Shown: in pieces, positions 24,880 through 37,964 of the stretch
Numbering within the stretch: the stretch's first letter is position 1
How the letters are laid out: every line of letters starts with the position of its first letter
Assembly: GCF_006345805.1 (NCBI RefSeq)
Contig: NC_043019.1
Span: 11,841,360-11,905,359, forward strand
Direction: 5' to 3'
DNA from: Octopus sinensis
Lineage: Eukaryota
Length of the DNA stretch: 64,000 nt
Notes under the pieces: model-generated
Database searches by the model: none
Told to the model about the DNA's origin: nothing
Seen by the model: the letters and a program-made list of their open reading frames with translations, nothing else
Program-made: the position numbers and the translations under genes

Positions 24880-25158
24880 CATTTGGTTGTATCAGTCACT
24901 AGACTGTGGCCATGCTGGGGCACTGCTTTGAAGAATTTTAGTTGAATGAATCAACCTCAGAATGTGTTTATGTTTAAATTTGGTATTTCTTTTGATGAAT
25001 TGCTAAGATACAGGGACATAAACACACCAACACTGGTTGTCAGGTAATGGTGAAGGACACACTCATACACACACAGTTGCAATTGTCTTCAATTGTAGCC
25101 TTGGGCCAGCCAAATCCTTGTGAGAGGACTTAATAGATGGAAACTGAAAGAAGCCCAT

Positions 25159-25189
<31 letters not shown>

Positions 25190-25550
25190 GTGTGTGTGTC
25201 TTTTTGTCTGTCTTTGTCCCTCACCACTGCATGATAACTGATGTTGGTGTGTTTATGTTCTTGCAACCTAGCAGTTTGACAAAGGAGACCAATAAAATAA
25301 GTACCCGGCTTAAAAATAAAAATAAGCACTAGAGTCAATTCATCCAACATGATCACAAGCTACTGGATGAGGTAAAAGGCACACAAACACATATGTATAT
25401 ATATCATCATCATCATCATTCTTTAACAAGGTTTTTGTTGGGCTGGTGCTATAGTAGAAGACACTTGCTCAAGGTGTCACATAGTGGGACTGAACCTGGA
25501 ACTTTGTGGTTGGGAAGCAAACTTCTTACCGCACAGCTATGCTTGTGCCT
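24880..25550. mobile_element. Cluster of degenerate SINE A fragments in both orientations
   Basis: 3' half (-) at about 24885-25075, middle/3' part (+) at about 25085-25345, head (-) at about 25440-25550. Confidence 0.65.
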
Positions 25551-26419
25551 GTATACACCATAAACACACTCATACAACATTGTATCCTGGGTCTGACATG
25601 AACCAGTGTCCCTAAGGACTAGTTAGTGTATGCAGCTGAATTATCCAACTTTTCACTCACAAGTATGCACACACACTAATACATATGTCTCTGTCTCTCT
25701 CCCCATCTCTCTCGCTCCCTTCCTGTATATCCTGTATATGAATGTATGTATCTTACTTTGAGGTTTATTGAAGTTCTTCTTCAGAAAGTTCAAGCTGGTC
25801 ACTACCAAAATGACAAGATTTTTTGTGTTATGAAAGTGCTCTGGGTTTCTAAATACTTGGTTGAGTTAATGTGTTTGAACTGTTGATACACACAACCAAG
25901 TGTGCGCACCTGTGTGTGTGTGTGCAACATGCCGCTCTCACCACTGCTGTCAACCACGCAATAGCCATCCAGCCGATGCTAGCCCAACAACCAGGGCGCT
26001 CAGCCGATGGTGCTGCACGCTTTGCGGCTCCATGATCGTCCACTCTTCTCACTCTTCCTTCCTCTCCCACTTCCGCCGGGGGCTGGTGCCTCCGGCCGTC
26101 ACGGCCAGCTTCGGCTGTCATGCTCTGTTCATGTATGTATATGTATTAATACATATATGTACTAATGAGTATATCAGTGTATTATAAATCTATGCATGTA
26201 TTGTATGACTATATATGTTTGAATATGTATATGTATGTATGCATAAATAAATGAATGTATGTTTGTATGTACACAATTTATGTATGTATATGTGTACATG
26301 AATGCATGCATGCACATCATTACACACGCACACACACACACATGATCTCTCACTTTGGCAATAGGCCAGGAATTTGTAGTTGGTGGATGAGAGCTATATA
26401 AGTAACTGAATGAAAAGCA

Positions 26420-26524
<105 letters not shown>

Positions 26525-26805
26525 TATATATATAATATATATATATATATATGAGGAGAATTTTCCAGATTTATCACCCAGAATATAGAACTATGAATCT
26601 AAATACAGTTCTAGTATCTCAGCTATCTTCACAGGCTACCAACATTCATAATGATATATTTATGTTAGCACAAAGTTGAAAGTCTGTAGGTGAAGGGTTA
26701 CAGTGTCAGTGGGATGTAATCCCGTTCTTGGCACTTCTGTAGAAAAAAGACTGGAATTATGGCTGGCTTCATGCTCTTGCTTGATGGGGCTAGTGGTCCC
26801 AGAGA

Positions 26806-26980
26806 CATCATCATCATCATTTAGCGTCCGTTTTCCATGCTAGCATGGGTTGGACGGTTCAACTGGGGTCTGTGAAGCCGGAAGGCTGCATCAGGCCCAG
26901 TCAGATCTGGCAGTGTTTCTACAGCTGGATGCCCTTCCTAACGCCAACCACTCCGTGAGTGTAGTGGGTGCTTTTCATAA
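26806..26980 (-). mobile_element. SINE-like family D, 3' part
   Basis: (CAT)n followed by TTTAGCGTCCGTTTTCCATGCTAGCATGGG. Confidence 0.75.
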
Positions 26981-26984
26981 AGCC

Positions 26985-27165
26985 GGCCAGATCCATCAGT
27001 GCTCTCCATCACTGGTGGTCCCATGCCAGCCATTCTGCATCCTCCAAAGTGATGCCGAGCCTCTGGAGATCTCTGCCAGCCATGTCCACCCATCTGGTTT
27101 AGGGCTTGCCATGAGGCCTCTTGCAGCCAACAGCTGGAGACAGAGGACATGTCCATACCAGTATA
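26985..27165 (-). mobile_element. RTE-type LINE C-terminal fragment
   Basis: The minus strand reads WYGHVL...KRPHGKP*TRWVDMAGRDLQRLGITLEDAEWLAWDHQ*WRAL. Confidence 0.6.
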
Positions 27166-27741
27166 TGTGACAGATAGCTATGAGGTTGGAAACTGCGGGC
27201 TGATGCGTGTGTGCATGCAGTTGTTTGCCTGAATCGCTTATACCAGATCTTTTAACTGTTATCTATTTTTATAATTTTCTTTAAGCACTTATTAACCGTC
27301 TGAAAGGAAATAAAACAGCCAGATTCCAAGAAACTTCGATTTCACTTGCCTCAACAGGTCTTCACAATCGAGTTTGATTTCGATTTCACTTGCCTCAACT
27401 GGTCTTCGCAAGCAGAGTTTAATGTCCAGTGAAGGAAAGGCACACATAAGTGGACTGGTTACACCCGTGACATAGACCACAAGGTTATGGTCTCACTTGC
27501 GCTTGCCGAGAAGGTTATGCTCTCACTTGCAAAGCCAACAGCTGGAGACAGAGCACATGCCCATACCAGCATATGTGACAGATAGCTATGAGGTTAGAAA
27601 CTGCGGGCTGATGCGCGCGTGTATGCAGTTGTTTGCCTGAATCGCTTATACCAGATCTTTTAACTGTTATCTATTTTTATAATTTTCTTTAAGCACTTAT
27701 TAACCGCCTGAAAGAAAATAAAACAGCCAGATTCCAAGAAA
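27126..27741. repeat. 208-bp direct repeat (27126-27333 and 27534-27741) around a 200-bp insert
   Basis: Near-identical copies with a 408-bp period. Confidence 0.9.
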
Positions 27742-28115
27742 TTTGAAAGTAGTCGTCTTTACGAGGAAAAGGAAGATGAAATAAAACAATTAATGAAATT
27801 GATAAGATTTCTCTGAAATTCCAGCAGGACATCAAACTCAATAATTAGGTCTTCAGTGTGAGAGTTCTGGTGTCTTTTATCTTCCTTTATCTTTTACTCG
27901 TTTCAATGATTGGACTGCGGCCATGCTGGGGCACCATATTGAAGGATTTAACCTTTTGTGTTCAGATTACTTTATCAAATTTAATATTTGTTGCATTGTT
28001 TTGAATTAATCATGTATTATCTTGTAGCTTTAAGATTTTGATGTTGTAATTGCTTATTTTTACAATGACATTGTTAGGTAGGTGTAAAAGGCAGAATCTG
28101 GCCAGTTTGAACATA

Positions 28116-28440
28116 TTGGGTCACTCCATAAATAATGTATTTTTTTAAATACTTCTTTTATTTTTCAAAATTAAAATAAGCAAAGTTCCTTTTTAATCTC
28201 TCCTTCATTTTCTATAATGCTTTTCCGTCTGTCTGGTAGATTTGCAAGGCCCATCTTCCAAAATTCACTTGTCCGTGATGAAAAATACTCCTCCAGTATT
28301 GTTCTGACCTCATCTACAGAATTCATATTCTTTCCATCCAAATGATTTTGAAGATTGCAGAATAAATGATAATCAGATAGGGCAGTGTCTGGCAAATATG
28401 GTGGGTGGAACATTGTTTCCCATTCAAACTGCTCCAAAGC
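28116..28440 (-). mobile_element. Mariner transposon remnant (3' end)
   Basis: HPPYLPDTALSDYHLFCNLQNHLDGK...IIENEGE. The terminal TTGGGTCACTCCATAAATAATG is preceded by TA. Confidence 0.85.
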
Positions 28441-28689
28441 CTTTTATTTTTTTGATATTCAATGTACCCCAGTCGAACCATCCAACCCGTGCTAGCACGG
28501 AAAATGGATGTTAAATGATGATGATGATGAAATATGATGACTCACATGTTTATTCGTAATATGTTTCTGCAGATACAAATGCAAAATATGCTAATTACTG
28601 TTGTGTACATCAGAAGAGAACAACCTTCCTTTCTGAGAAATATATGCTAATAGCACATTTGATTCATTGACACCAGTGTCATGGAATCC

Positions 28690-29535
28690 TGCTTCGGTGT
28701 CCTGCTCTGGACCGTGAGTCTGATGTCAGTGGATCAACTATTCATTCTAATGTGAATGTGTCTGATCATAACAAATGATGCAGACAAGTTTGTTCTCTTC
28801 AGGGAAAGGTGGATGTGGTCAAGAAAATCATGATGGTGGAAGCTTCACTGCTGTAAGCTACTGTGATGTCAGACTCACTGCTCTGAGTTTGACATTCAGA
28901 ACCAGAGATAAGGAAACCATGATGGTCCTCTGGTGGCCATTCATCCTCAGCCGCCTGGATTACTACTCACCCACCAGTGTGAAATTAACAGCGGACCTTG
29001 AAGCAATCCAGAGAAGATTCGCAAAGATCGTCTTTTTGGAACAGCTCAGCTACTGGGAAAGGTTGACACAGTTAAGACTCTACTCCCTGGAGAGAAGACG
29101 GGAGAGGTATGCAGTAATATATATCTGGAAGATCCTGGAAGGAATTGTGCCAAATTTTGGCATTGAAAGCTACACCAATGCCAGAACAGGACGACACTGC
29201 ATAGTGCCAAAGGTCCCAGCAATGCCATCATGCTTCAGGACCAGTTACTGCAACAGCCTGGGTTTCAAGGGCCCACTGCTTTTTAATATTCTCCCAAAGA
29301 GTCTGAGGAACTTGCACAAAGTAGATGTAGGGGTTTTTAAATCAAAGCTGGCCCTCTTCCTGTCAAGAGTCCCAGATGAACCTACCTCACGGCAAGAGGT
29401 GCAAATGAGGGTAGCTATATCAAACTTCATGCTTCACCAAGTGCCACATATTAGAGGAGGCTCTTAGTAATAACAGTGTAGCAAAAACGGCGGTGCATCA
29501 GCATGGCCACAGCTCTGAGCTGAAACTAGAGAGAA
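28690..29535 (+). mobile_element. CR1-group LINE, 5'-truncated and degenerate
   Basis: ORF 28775-29467 contains LSRLDYYSP, LSYWERLTQLRLYSLERRRERYAVIYIWKILEGIVPNFGI and FKSKLALFLSRVPDEP. The 3' end is GGCGGTGCATCAGCATGGCCACAGCTCTGAGCTGAAAC. Confidence 0.9.
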
Positions 29536-30074
29536 AAAAATAATTAATTAATCTTTCACTCATTCCATTTAATAAGTCTACAGAGATGATTAATTTTTCT
29601 CTGTGGACATTTTCGTTTGTTTGATTGTTTTGGTGGGGATTTTTGGAAACGACCTTCCTTACTTCGCTTGTGATAAATGAAGATATCTGTATCATATTAC
29701 AGGCACCACTCCCCGAATGGTTAGGATTGGTGTTTATTAGGACAAACACTATGACAACATGTTATTGAGTCATGGTGACAATCGCAGGTGTTCCTCACTT
29801 GATTTCTTATCAGCAACCAATATTAACAGATGCTCTTGTGGTGGTGGTGGTGGTGGTGGTGGTGGTGGGATGTGATGGGTGGCTTGGTAACAGTGATAAA
29901 CAGTGGCAGTAGTGGTAGTGGTGGTGATGTTGTTAGTGATGATAGGAACAGTGATGGGTAATGAACGGGTGGTGGTGGTAATGATAACAGTGATAAGTGG
30001 TGGTGGTGGTGGTGGTAATTGTGGTGATAGTGGCAAGAACAGTGGTGGCTAATTAGTAATAGTAAATTATTTCA

Positions 30075-30240
30075 AATTTTAGCACAAGGCCAGCAGTTTT
30101 GGTGAAGGGGCTAAGTTGATTACATTGACCCCCCAGTGCGCAACTGGTACTTATTTTATCAACCCCGAAAGGATGAAAGGCAAAAATCAACCTCGGTGGA
30201 ATTTGAACTCAGAATGTAAAGACAGACGAAATGCTGCTAA
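30075..30240 (-). mobile_element. SINE family B (short-tail variant), partial
   Basis: Match to 4915-5155. Confidence 0.75.
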
Positions 30241-30245
30241 GATTT

Positions 30246-30288
30246 CTGATGAAGTAGTTAAAAAGATTGAAACCAGTTGGTCCTGATC
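30246..30288 (+). ncRNA. Truncated hammerhead-like motif (canonical core, stem I 5' strand lost)
   Basis: CTGATGA...GAAA-CCA-GT-TGG-TC with stem III ACCA/TGGT and a GUC triplet. Stem II is weak. Confidence 0.4.
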
Positions 30289-30508
30289 TCCTTTTTCTAC
30301 TTACAAAGAGACTGCATAAATGCTTCATCTTCATTGTGTGTAATGATCTCTATGGCGATAGATATTCAACACATGATATGTCAGCAACGGAGGCTTTTGA
30401 TTGACTAAAATGACATAACTCTGTCAAATGTTATGAGTCTTTCATAGTAACTTTCTCTCCGTAACTTACAAAGCCTTTCTGGGTCGTTTATAGATATTAT
30501 ATGTAGTA

Positions 30509-30905
30509 CTAGCAGTATCGCCCGGCGTTGCTCGGGTTTGTAAGGGAAATAACTATATAAGCATTTTTAGAGAGTTATAGCCAAAAGATAGCAAAAAAAT
30601 GCATTAAAAATGGAAAAAAATTATGGTAAATTTTTTTTTAAATCGTTGACTCATCGTAGACATTTTAGAGAGTTATTTCCCTTATATAATATCGAAAAAA
30701 ATGCATTAAAATGGAAAAAAATGATGGTAAATTTTTTTTTAAATCGTAGACTCATCGTAGATGCGCACTAATACCCAGAAGGGCTCGATATGAATCACGA
30801 CTATAAGATACCCGGTTTTGGTTAAACTGCACCGCAAAATGTGGGAGTAGTTAGGAATCTAAATCGTAGGAGACAGATACACAACTTCACTTTTATATAT
30901 AAAGA
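30509..30905 (-). mobile_element. Non-autonomous Helitron, family H1
   Basis: Same termini and body as 12985-13385. Confidence 0.85.
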
Positions 30906-31209
30906 TTAGACAGTTTAAGTCTTTATTCATTAAAGTTGGCTGGAAATTCATGGGTGAATGTTTGGCCCAATCGGATGCGCAAGGAGCCGTGTAAGCATTG
31001 ATTTGTGGGTTCGATTCTGGCTTGAGTTAGCTCATCATTTTACGGTCATTTGTTTGTATTTAAAAATTGTCGCTTCAAATCGGAGAATATATATTATTAT
31101 ATATACAGTTATTATTATACTATGGGTCTTCCATAGTAACATTCTCTCCATAATTTACAAAGCCTTCCTGGTTTGTTTACACATATTATATGTAGTATGT
31201 ATGGGTGTG

Positions 31210-31445
31210 TGAGTGTGTGTGTGTGGTTTTATGTGTGTGTTTGTTCCCCACCACTACTTGACAGCAGGTGTTGGTTTATTTATAATCCCATAACTTAGTG
31301 CTTCAGTGAAAAGAGACCTATAAAATAAGAACCAAAAAAAAAAAAAAAAATAACTACTGGGGTTGATATGTTTGACTAAATCCTTCAAAGTGGTACCCCA
31401 GCTTGGCCACAGACTAATGACTAAATCAAGTAAAAGATAAAAGAT
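31210..31445 (+). mobile_element. SINE family A, 3' half
   Basis: Degenerate match ending TGACTAAATCAAGTAAAAGATAAAAGA. Confidence 0.7.
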
Positions 31446-31574
31446 ACCCCCCACCCACCCCGCACCGATAAATTAATTTTATATTTATCCTAAAAACATG
31501 TAGTAGCTCATGTAGCTGTGAACATGTGGAAGAAAGCCTGCTTAGTACATGACCTTCGAATACATTTTTCACTA

Positions 31575-31596
31575 TCTCTTCTTTCTTTCTTTCTTT

Positions 31597-31632
<36 letters not shown>

Positions 31633-32260
31633 TTTTTTTCTTCCTTCCTTTCTTTCTTTCTTTCTTTCTGTCTGTCTTTCTTTCATTCTTTCCCTCTTTC
31701 TTTCTTTCCTCCTTTCTTTTTCTTTCTTTCTTTTCTTTCTTTCTTTCTCTAACCTCTTTTCTCCTTCCTTCTCTCTATTCTCTCTGTCTTTCTTTTTGCA
31801 CTTTATCTAGTTTCACTTCTCTCTCTTACTCTCTACATCTCTCTACCTCTTTATCTTACGTCACCCCTGTTTCTCTTTCTCTGTCTATCTGTCTGTCTGT
31901 CTCTCTCTGTCTCTCACCTGCTCTCTGTCTCTCTCTCTTTTTATCTTGTCTCATTTCTGTTTTGTCTACTCTGTACTCTGTTCTATCTCATTTTATTTGA
32001 TTCTCTCACCATCCATTTCTCTGTCACTGTCACTGTCTGTCTGTCCGGCTGTCTCTTTCTCTCCTTCTCTCTGTCTGTCCTTGTTTCTCTCTTTCTCCTA
32101 GTCTTTGCCTCCTCCCGTCAAGTTTCACTTCTCTCTCTTTAGAAATATAAAAGTTTAAAAATAAATCGCTTGGGCCATATCTCTTTTCTCTTATCAATTG
32201 CTTTACACCTCCCTCCCTCCTCTCCCTCCCCTTCTTTCTATCTCTCCAATGATCCACATC
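31575..32260. repeat. CT/CTTT-rich low-complexity tract
   Basis: Direct reading. Confidence 0.9.
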
Positions 32261-32404
32261 CTAGGTCACCTACTATCACACCTTCCTCTCCCTTATCTCC
32301 CACCCCACTAATCACATTCACACAAATCTGTATTCCTTGACAAATTCTAATAAAATTTTGCCATTGGTGATCATTTCATCTGCACTTTACAGAGAAGACC
32401 ACCC

Positions 32405-32545
<141 letters not shown>

Positions 32546-33274
32546 TATGTTTCTCTTTGTCTTTTTTTCACTTTTGATCTCTTTCTTAAATTAATCACTT
32601 TTGCTTTTCTCTCCTTATCATGATGATCGATCGATCGATCGATCGCCATCCTTTTAAGGTCTGTTTTCCATACTGATATGCTGATCAGAGCTGGCAAGCT
32701 GGACAGCCACACCAAGTTCTAGTCTGATTTGCCTTGGTTTCTACAGCTAGATGCCCTTCCTAACACCACATGTTAAAAGCATACAGTGTATGCTTTTAAC
32801 GTAGCACCACATGAGCACCCTCATGTGGTACTGGCACAAGTGCCTTTTACATGGTACCAGCACAAAACTCTTATATAATTTATTAAATGTACTCTGTGGT
32901 CATTGCAGCCTCTATACCTGCATCATATGATTATATTATATCCTACAGAATTGTTAGCTTGCTAGACAAAATGCTGCATTTTGTCAGTCTATGTTCTGAG
33001 TTCAAATTCCGCTGAAGTTAACTTTACCTTTCATCCTTTCGGGGACTATGAAATAAGTACCAGCCAAGCATGGGGTCAATGTAATCAACACCTTTCTACA
33101 TATGGAACACCTTTTCTACATATAGAACAGGACCATCTTCCTACTCACTAGGACTTTGGTATTTGCTAAATTTACTCTAAGACCCTTTGATTCCAGACCC
33201 TGCTTCCACACCTGAATTTTCTTCTCTCATTCTGTTAGTGATTCAGCAATAAGAACAAAGTCAGCAGCATAGAG

Positions 33275-33783
33275 TAGTGCTCTGCAACTGGACCAAGGTC
33301 GACTTTGCCTTTCATCCTTTCGGGGTCGATTAAATAAGTACCAGTTATGCACTGGGGTCGATGTTATTGACTTAATCCGTTTGTCTGTCCTTGTTTGCCC
33401 CCTCTATGTTTAGCCCCTTGTGGGTAGTAAAGAAATAGGTATTTCGTCTGCCACTATGTTCTGAGTTCAAATTCCGCCGACGTCGACTTTGTCTTTCATC
33501 CTTTCGGGGTCGATTAAATCAGTACCAGTTACGCACTGGGGTCGATGTAATCAACTTAATCCATTTGTCTGTCCTTGTTTGTCCCCCTCTGTGTTTAGCC
33601 CCTTGTGGGTAGTAAAGAAATAGGTATGCCACAGCACATGGGACAATGCTAGGTGTGCCGCAGTGTAACCTGGATATAATTTTTCCCCCTTATACTTTTA
33701 ATTGTATTTTCTGTTTGGGTGTGCCATCGGATTTTGTAAAGAATATAAGTGTACATCAAGTGACAAATGGTTGCAGGGCACTG
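33275..33783. mobile_element. hAT-type MITE interrupted by a SINE B dimer
   Basis: TIRs TAGTGCTCTGCAAC / GTTGCAGGGCACTG and internal GGTGTGCC motifs. The flanking 8-mers GCATAGAG / GCACTGAG match at 6 of 8 positions. Confidence 0.5.
33296..33627 (+). mobile_element. SINE family B, headless tandem dimer
   Basis: The second unit restarts at GTATTTCGTCTGCC (33439) directly after the AAAGAAATAG tail. Confidence 0.85.
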
Positions 33784-34006
33784 GCACTGAGGAGCACCCA
33801 AGGGCATACCAGTTGTGGTCTGGAGGACTGTGTTAAACAAGAGGAGCCTAAGAACTGGTCCTTAGTGAACACTAAATTCATTGCTGTACACTAAATTCAT
33901 TATATTCATTGCTAACTTTCACCTTACTGACTGCATCCTTGTACATGGCTTGTATAGCTCTCACCAACAACTCACCTATCTAGATTCCACATTTCTCACT
34001 AGTTAA

Positions 34007-34450
34007 CCCTTTCATTACTGTATTTATTTTGAGATGCTCCGTGTTTCTTTCAATTACTTTAAATATAACAAAGAATTTTGTAAAATAACTTAGTTATCAT
34101 TAACCCTTTCGTTACCAACCCGGCTGAAACTGGCTCTGGCTCTGAGTACAAATGTCTTGTTTACATAAGTTTTGAATTAAAATCTTCTACCAAACCTTAG
34201 TCACAATTTATGTTCCTAACACTAGCTTAATGATAACTAAGTTATTTTACTAAATATTTTGTTATATTTAAAGTAATTGAAAGAAACACAGAACATCTCA
34301 AAATAAATACAGTAACAAAAGGGTTAAGCTAGTGTTAGGAACATAAATTGTGACTAAGGTTTGATGGAAGATTTTAATTCAAAACTTATGAAAACAAAAC
34401 ATTTGTATTCAGAGCTAGAGCTGGTTTCAGCTGGGCTGGTAACAAAAGGG
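34007..34450. mobile_element. piggyBac-like MITE family 1 carrying an inverted copy of itself (34104-34323)
   Basis: TTAA at 34003, 34100, 34324 and 34451. CCCTTT...AAAGGG termini. Inner and reconstructed outer elements are each 220 bp. Confidence 0.92.
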
Positions 34451-34454
34451 TTAA

Positions 34455-34890
34455 GGGAGTGGGAAATCCTGTCAAAGGCTTTCTCAATGTCAATAAAAGC
34501 CAAGTACAGAGATCCATTTTTGGTTAAATACTTCTCCTACAGTTGCCTCACCAGGAAGACAGCATCGGTAGTGCTTGTTCTTGGCATAAAATCAAACTGC
34601 ATCTCATGTGGGCTAACTCTCTTCCTAATTAATCGAGCTATGATCCTTTCTGTAACTTTCATGGTGTGGTTCAGCAATTTGATACCTTTGTAATTATTTC
34701 TGTATAAGGTGTCACCTTTACCTTTGTAGCAGTTGACTGCTATACCAGTTGTTGGGTATGACTCCCTCATCGACAACCTGATTAACTATATATGTATTAA
34801 GGCCAAATCCCACTTTGCCAGATATTTCAAACATCACTGTGGAGATTCCTGATGGGCCAGGGACTTTCCCTATTTTCATATCCTTAATTG
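34455..34890 (-). mobile_element. RTE-clade LINE, RT-domain fragment
   Basis: AIKDMKIGKVPGPSGI...YKGKGD...NYKGIKLLNHTMKVTERII...EMQFDFMP..STTDAVFLVRQL*EKY...FIDIEKAFDRI. Confidence 0.88.
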
Positions 34891-34944
34891 CTTTGTCTGT
34901 CTGTCTGCTTGTCTGCCTGTCTTGCTCTCTTTCTCTCTACCTAC

Positions 34945-35009
<65 letters not shown>

Positions 35010-35012
<3 letters not shown>

Positions 35013-35238
35013 TTCTTTACTACCCACAAGGGGCTAAACATAGAGAGGACAAACAAGGACAGACAAACAGATTAAGTCGATTATATCGACCCCAGTACAT
35101 AACTGGTACTTAATTTATCGACCCCGAAAGGATGAAAGGCAAAGTTGACCTCGGCGGAATTTGAACTCAGAACGTAACGGCAGACGAAATACTGCTAAGC
35201 ATTTCGCCCGGCGTGCTAACGTTTCTGCCAGCTCGCCG
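35010..35238 (-). mobile_element. SINE family B, full length
   Basis: Head GGCGAGCTGGCAGAAACGTTAGC, B box GAGTTCAAATTCC, tail CCCCTTGTGGGTAGTAAAGAAATA. Confidence 0.9.
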
Positions 35239-35509
35239 CCTATCTATCTATCTATCTATCTATCTATCCATTCATCCATCTACCCATCTCTCTATCTATC
35301 TAATCCATTCACAAGGCTTTGGCCCAAGGCTATAGCAGAAGACACTTGCCCAAGGTGCCAAGCAGTGGGACTGGACTCAGAACCATGTGGTTGGGAAGCA
35401 GGGCTTCTTACCACACAGACACTCCTGCATCTGTGAATAGGAATTCAAATACACTCAGACTAACAAGTTCACACTCCTCAAAGACATTAGAAAACAGGAA
35501 AACATTTAC

Positions 35510-36005
35510 CATGGCACCACTGCTGCTACCCTACCTCCCCACTATCATCACTCCCACCACCACCATAATCACTACCACTATCATCAATACCACCAACAAC
35601 AACACCATCAATGTCATTGTCAATGCAACCATTACCACTATCACCAGCACCACCATCAATACCAGCACCAGCACCACCACCACAACCATTACTACCATCC
35701 TACCCCACCACTGCCACCACCAACAACAACACCAATGTCATTGTCAACACCACCGCCAGCACAGAAACCATTACCACTATCACCACCACCACCACCACCA
35801 GCACCACCACAACCATTACCACCATCCTACCTCACCACCGCCACCAACAACAACAACACCATCAACATCATTGTCAACACCAATGCCAGCACCTCAACCT
35901 TTACCACTACCATCAGTACCAGCACCAGCACCACCACCACAACCATTACCACCATCCTACCCCACCACCGCCACCACCACCACCTTCCTTACAACCATCA
36001 TCACT
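35510..36005. repeat. CAC/CAA-rich ~125-bp minisatellite-like units
   Basis: ACCACAACCATTACCACCATCCTACC recurs about three times. Confidence 0.8.
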
Positions 36006-36244
36006 AATAACATGAATATGTTTAGGGATATTATATATCAAAAGAAGCCTCTCCTCAATGGTACAGGAAAAAGGTAAAGGGTTCCCCTCCCCCTCCACAC
36101 CCCACTCACCTCTCTCGGTTCCCACCCCCACCCCCACAGATACCCCCCCCCCCACACCGTACATAAGCAGACATACCACTGATGCTAATTTGGGTACAGA
36201 TTCTAGTCCCTTCTCCTGTATGTCTAGCTCTAATCTTTATCCAC

Positions 36245-36900
36245 AGCCCCACCCACCCACCCACCCACACACACCCACACCCACCCACCCACCCACCCAC
36301 CCACACACACACATACAGATACACACGTACAGATACACAAACATACACCTACACACACACAGACACACACACACACACACATACAGATACACAAACATAC
36401 ACCTACACACACACTTACACACTCTCACACACACATACATACATACATACATACACACACACATACACACTCTCACACACATACATACATACATACACAC
36501 TCTCACACACATACATACATACACATATACACACTCTCACACACACACATACATACATACATACATACACACACACATACACACTCTCACACACATACAT
36601 ACATACATACACACTCTCACACACATACATACACACACATACACACTCTCACACACATACATATACACACATACACACACACTCTCACACACATACATAC
36701 ATACACACACACATACACACTCTCACACACATACATATACACACATACACACACACTCTCACACACATACATACACACACACATACACACTCTCACACAC
36801 ATACATACATACACACACACATACACACGCTCACATACACACTCTCACACACACATACATACATACACACACACATACACACTTCCACACACACATGCTC
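36245..36900. repeat. CA-rich microsatellite/minisatellite (ACACACTCTCACACACATACAT units)
   Basis: Direct reading. Confidence 0.92.
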
Positions 36901-37189
36901 CCTTGATGCTAAATTGGGCACTCAGCCCTTATTTATCTACCTACACACCAGCCCTACCCCTATTACTCCTACCTCCATCACTACCACCACCACCACCACC
37001 ACCAATACCAACAACCACAACATTACACACCCAGCCACCAGGACCCCCATATAATACCTAAGCTGGTTTTTCTAGGGTATATATATATTTTTTATTCATG
37101 CCAGCTGGGGATGTTTCAGGGTTACATTTTTATTTGTTGTGGTTGGTGTTGTAGTGGCGGTGGTGGTGGTGGTAGAGGGGGATTAACTA

Positions 37190-37550
37190 TACCACCACCA
37201 TCACACCACTGCCACCATCACCACCATCACCACCATCACCACCATCACCACTATCACCACCACCATCACCACCACCATCACCACCACCAACACCATCACC
37301 ACCACCACCACCACACCATCACCATCACCACCACCATCACCACCACCACCACCATCATCACCACCACCGCCACCATCACCACCACCACCATCACCATCAC
37401 CACTATCACCACCACCATCACCACCACCATCACCACCATCACCACCACCACCACCCTCACCATCACCACCACCACCACCATCACCACCACCATCACCACC
37501 ACCACCATTACCACCACCATCACCACCATCACCACCGCGACCACCACTAA
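37190..37550. repeat. (CAC/CAT)n trinucleotide array
   Basis: Direct reading. Confidence 0.95.
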
Positions 37551-37964
37551 TCAATCCACCAAATATTTTCTACCTTTGATTTTAATTTTCTTTTCAGAGG
37601 AGGAGGTGGGTGGCCTTTGGATCTTTATAGTAAAACATACACACACACACACACACACTCACACATACATACATATATACATACAAACACACACACGCAA
37701 ATACACACTCACACACACAGAGGCACGCACACACATGCAAATACAGGTATGCTCTTTTATGCTTTTTTGTCTTTCAGTCATTACTAAATTCTTCATTGCC
37801 CCCATCCTGGGGCAGGGAGGCATTGGAGAATTCATTTGATCAAAGGGACTTCAGTACTTATTCTAAGTTTGGTATTTATTCTAGTGAATTCTATTTGCCT
37901 AATAGTGATATGAATAAGCTTTCATAGGTAAATACAAGCACCAAGGCACACACACACACACACA

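Noticed and set aside
35319-37839. Thr/His/Pro/Gly-rich ORFs resembling mucins or His-rich proteins (also 29770-30036, 39231-39551, 57454-57822)
   Set aside because: They are trinucleotide low-complexity DNA open in several frames on both strands, with no splice or codon evidence.
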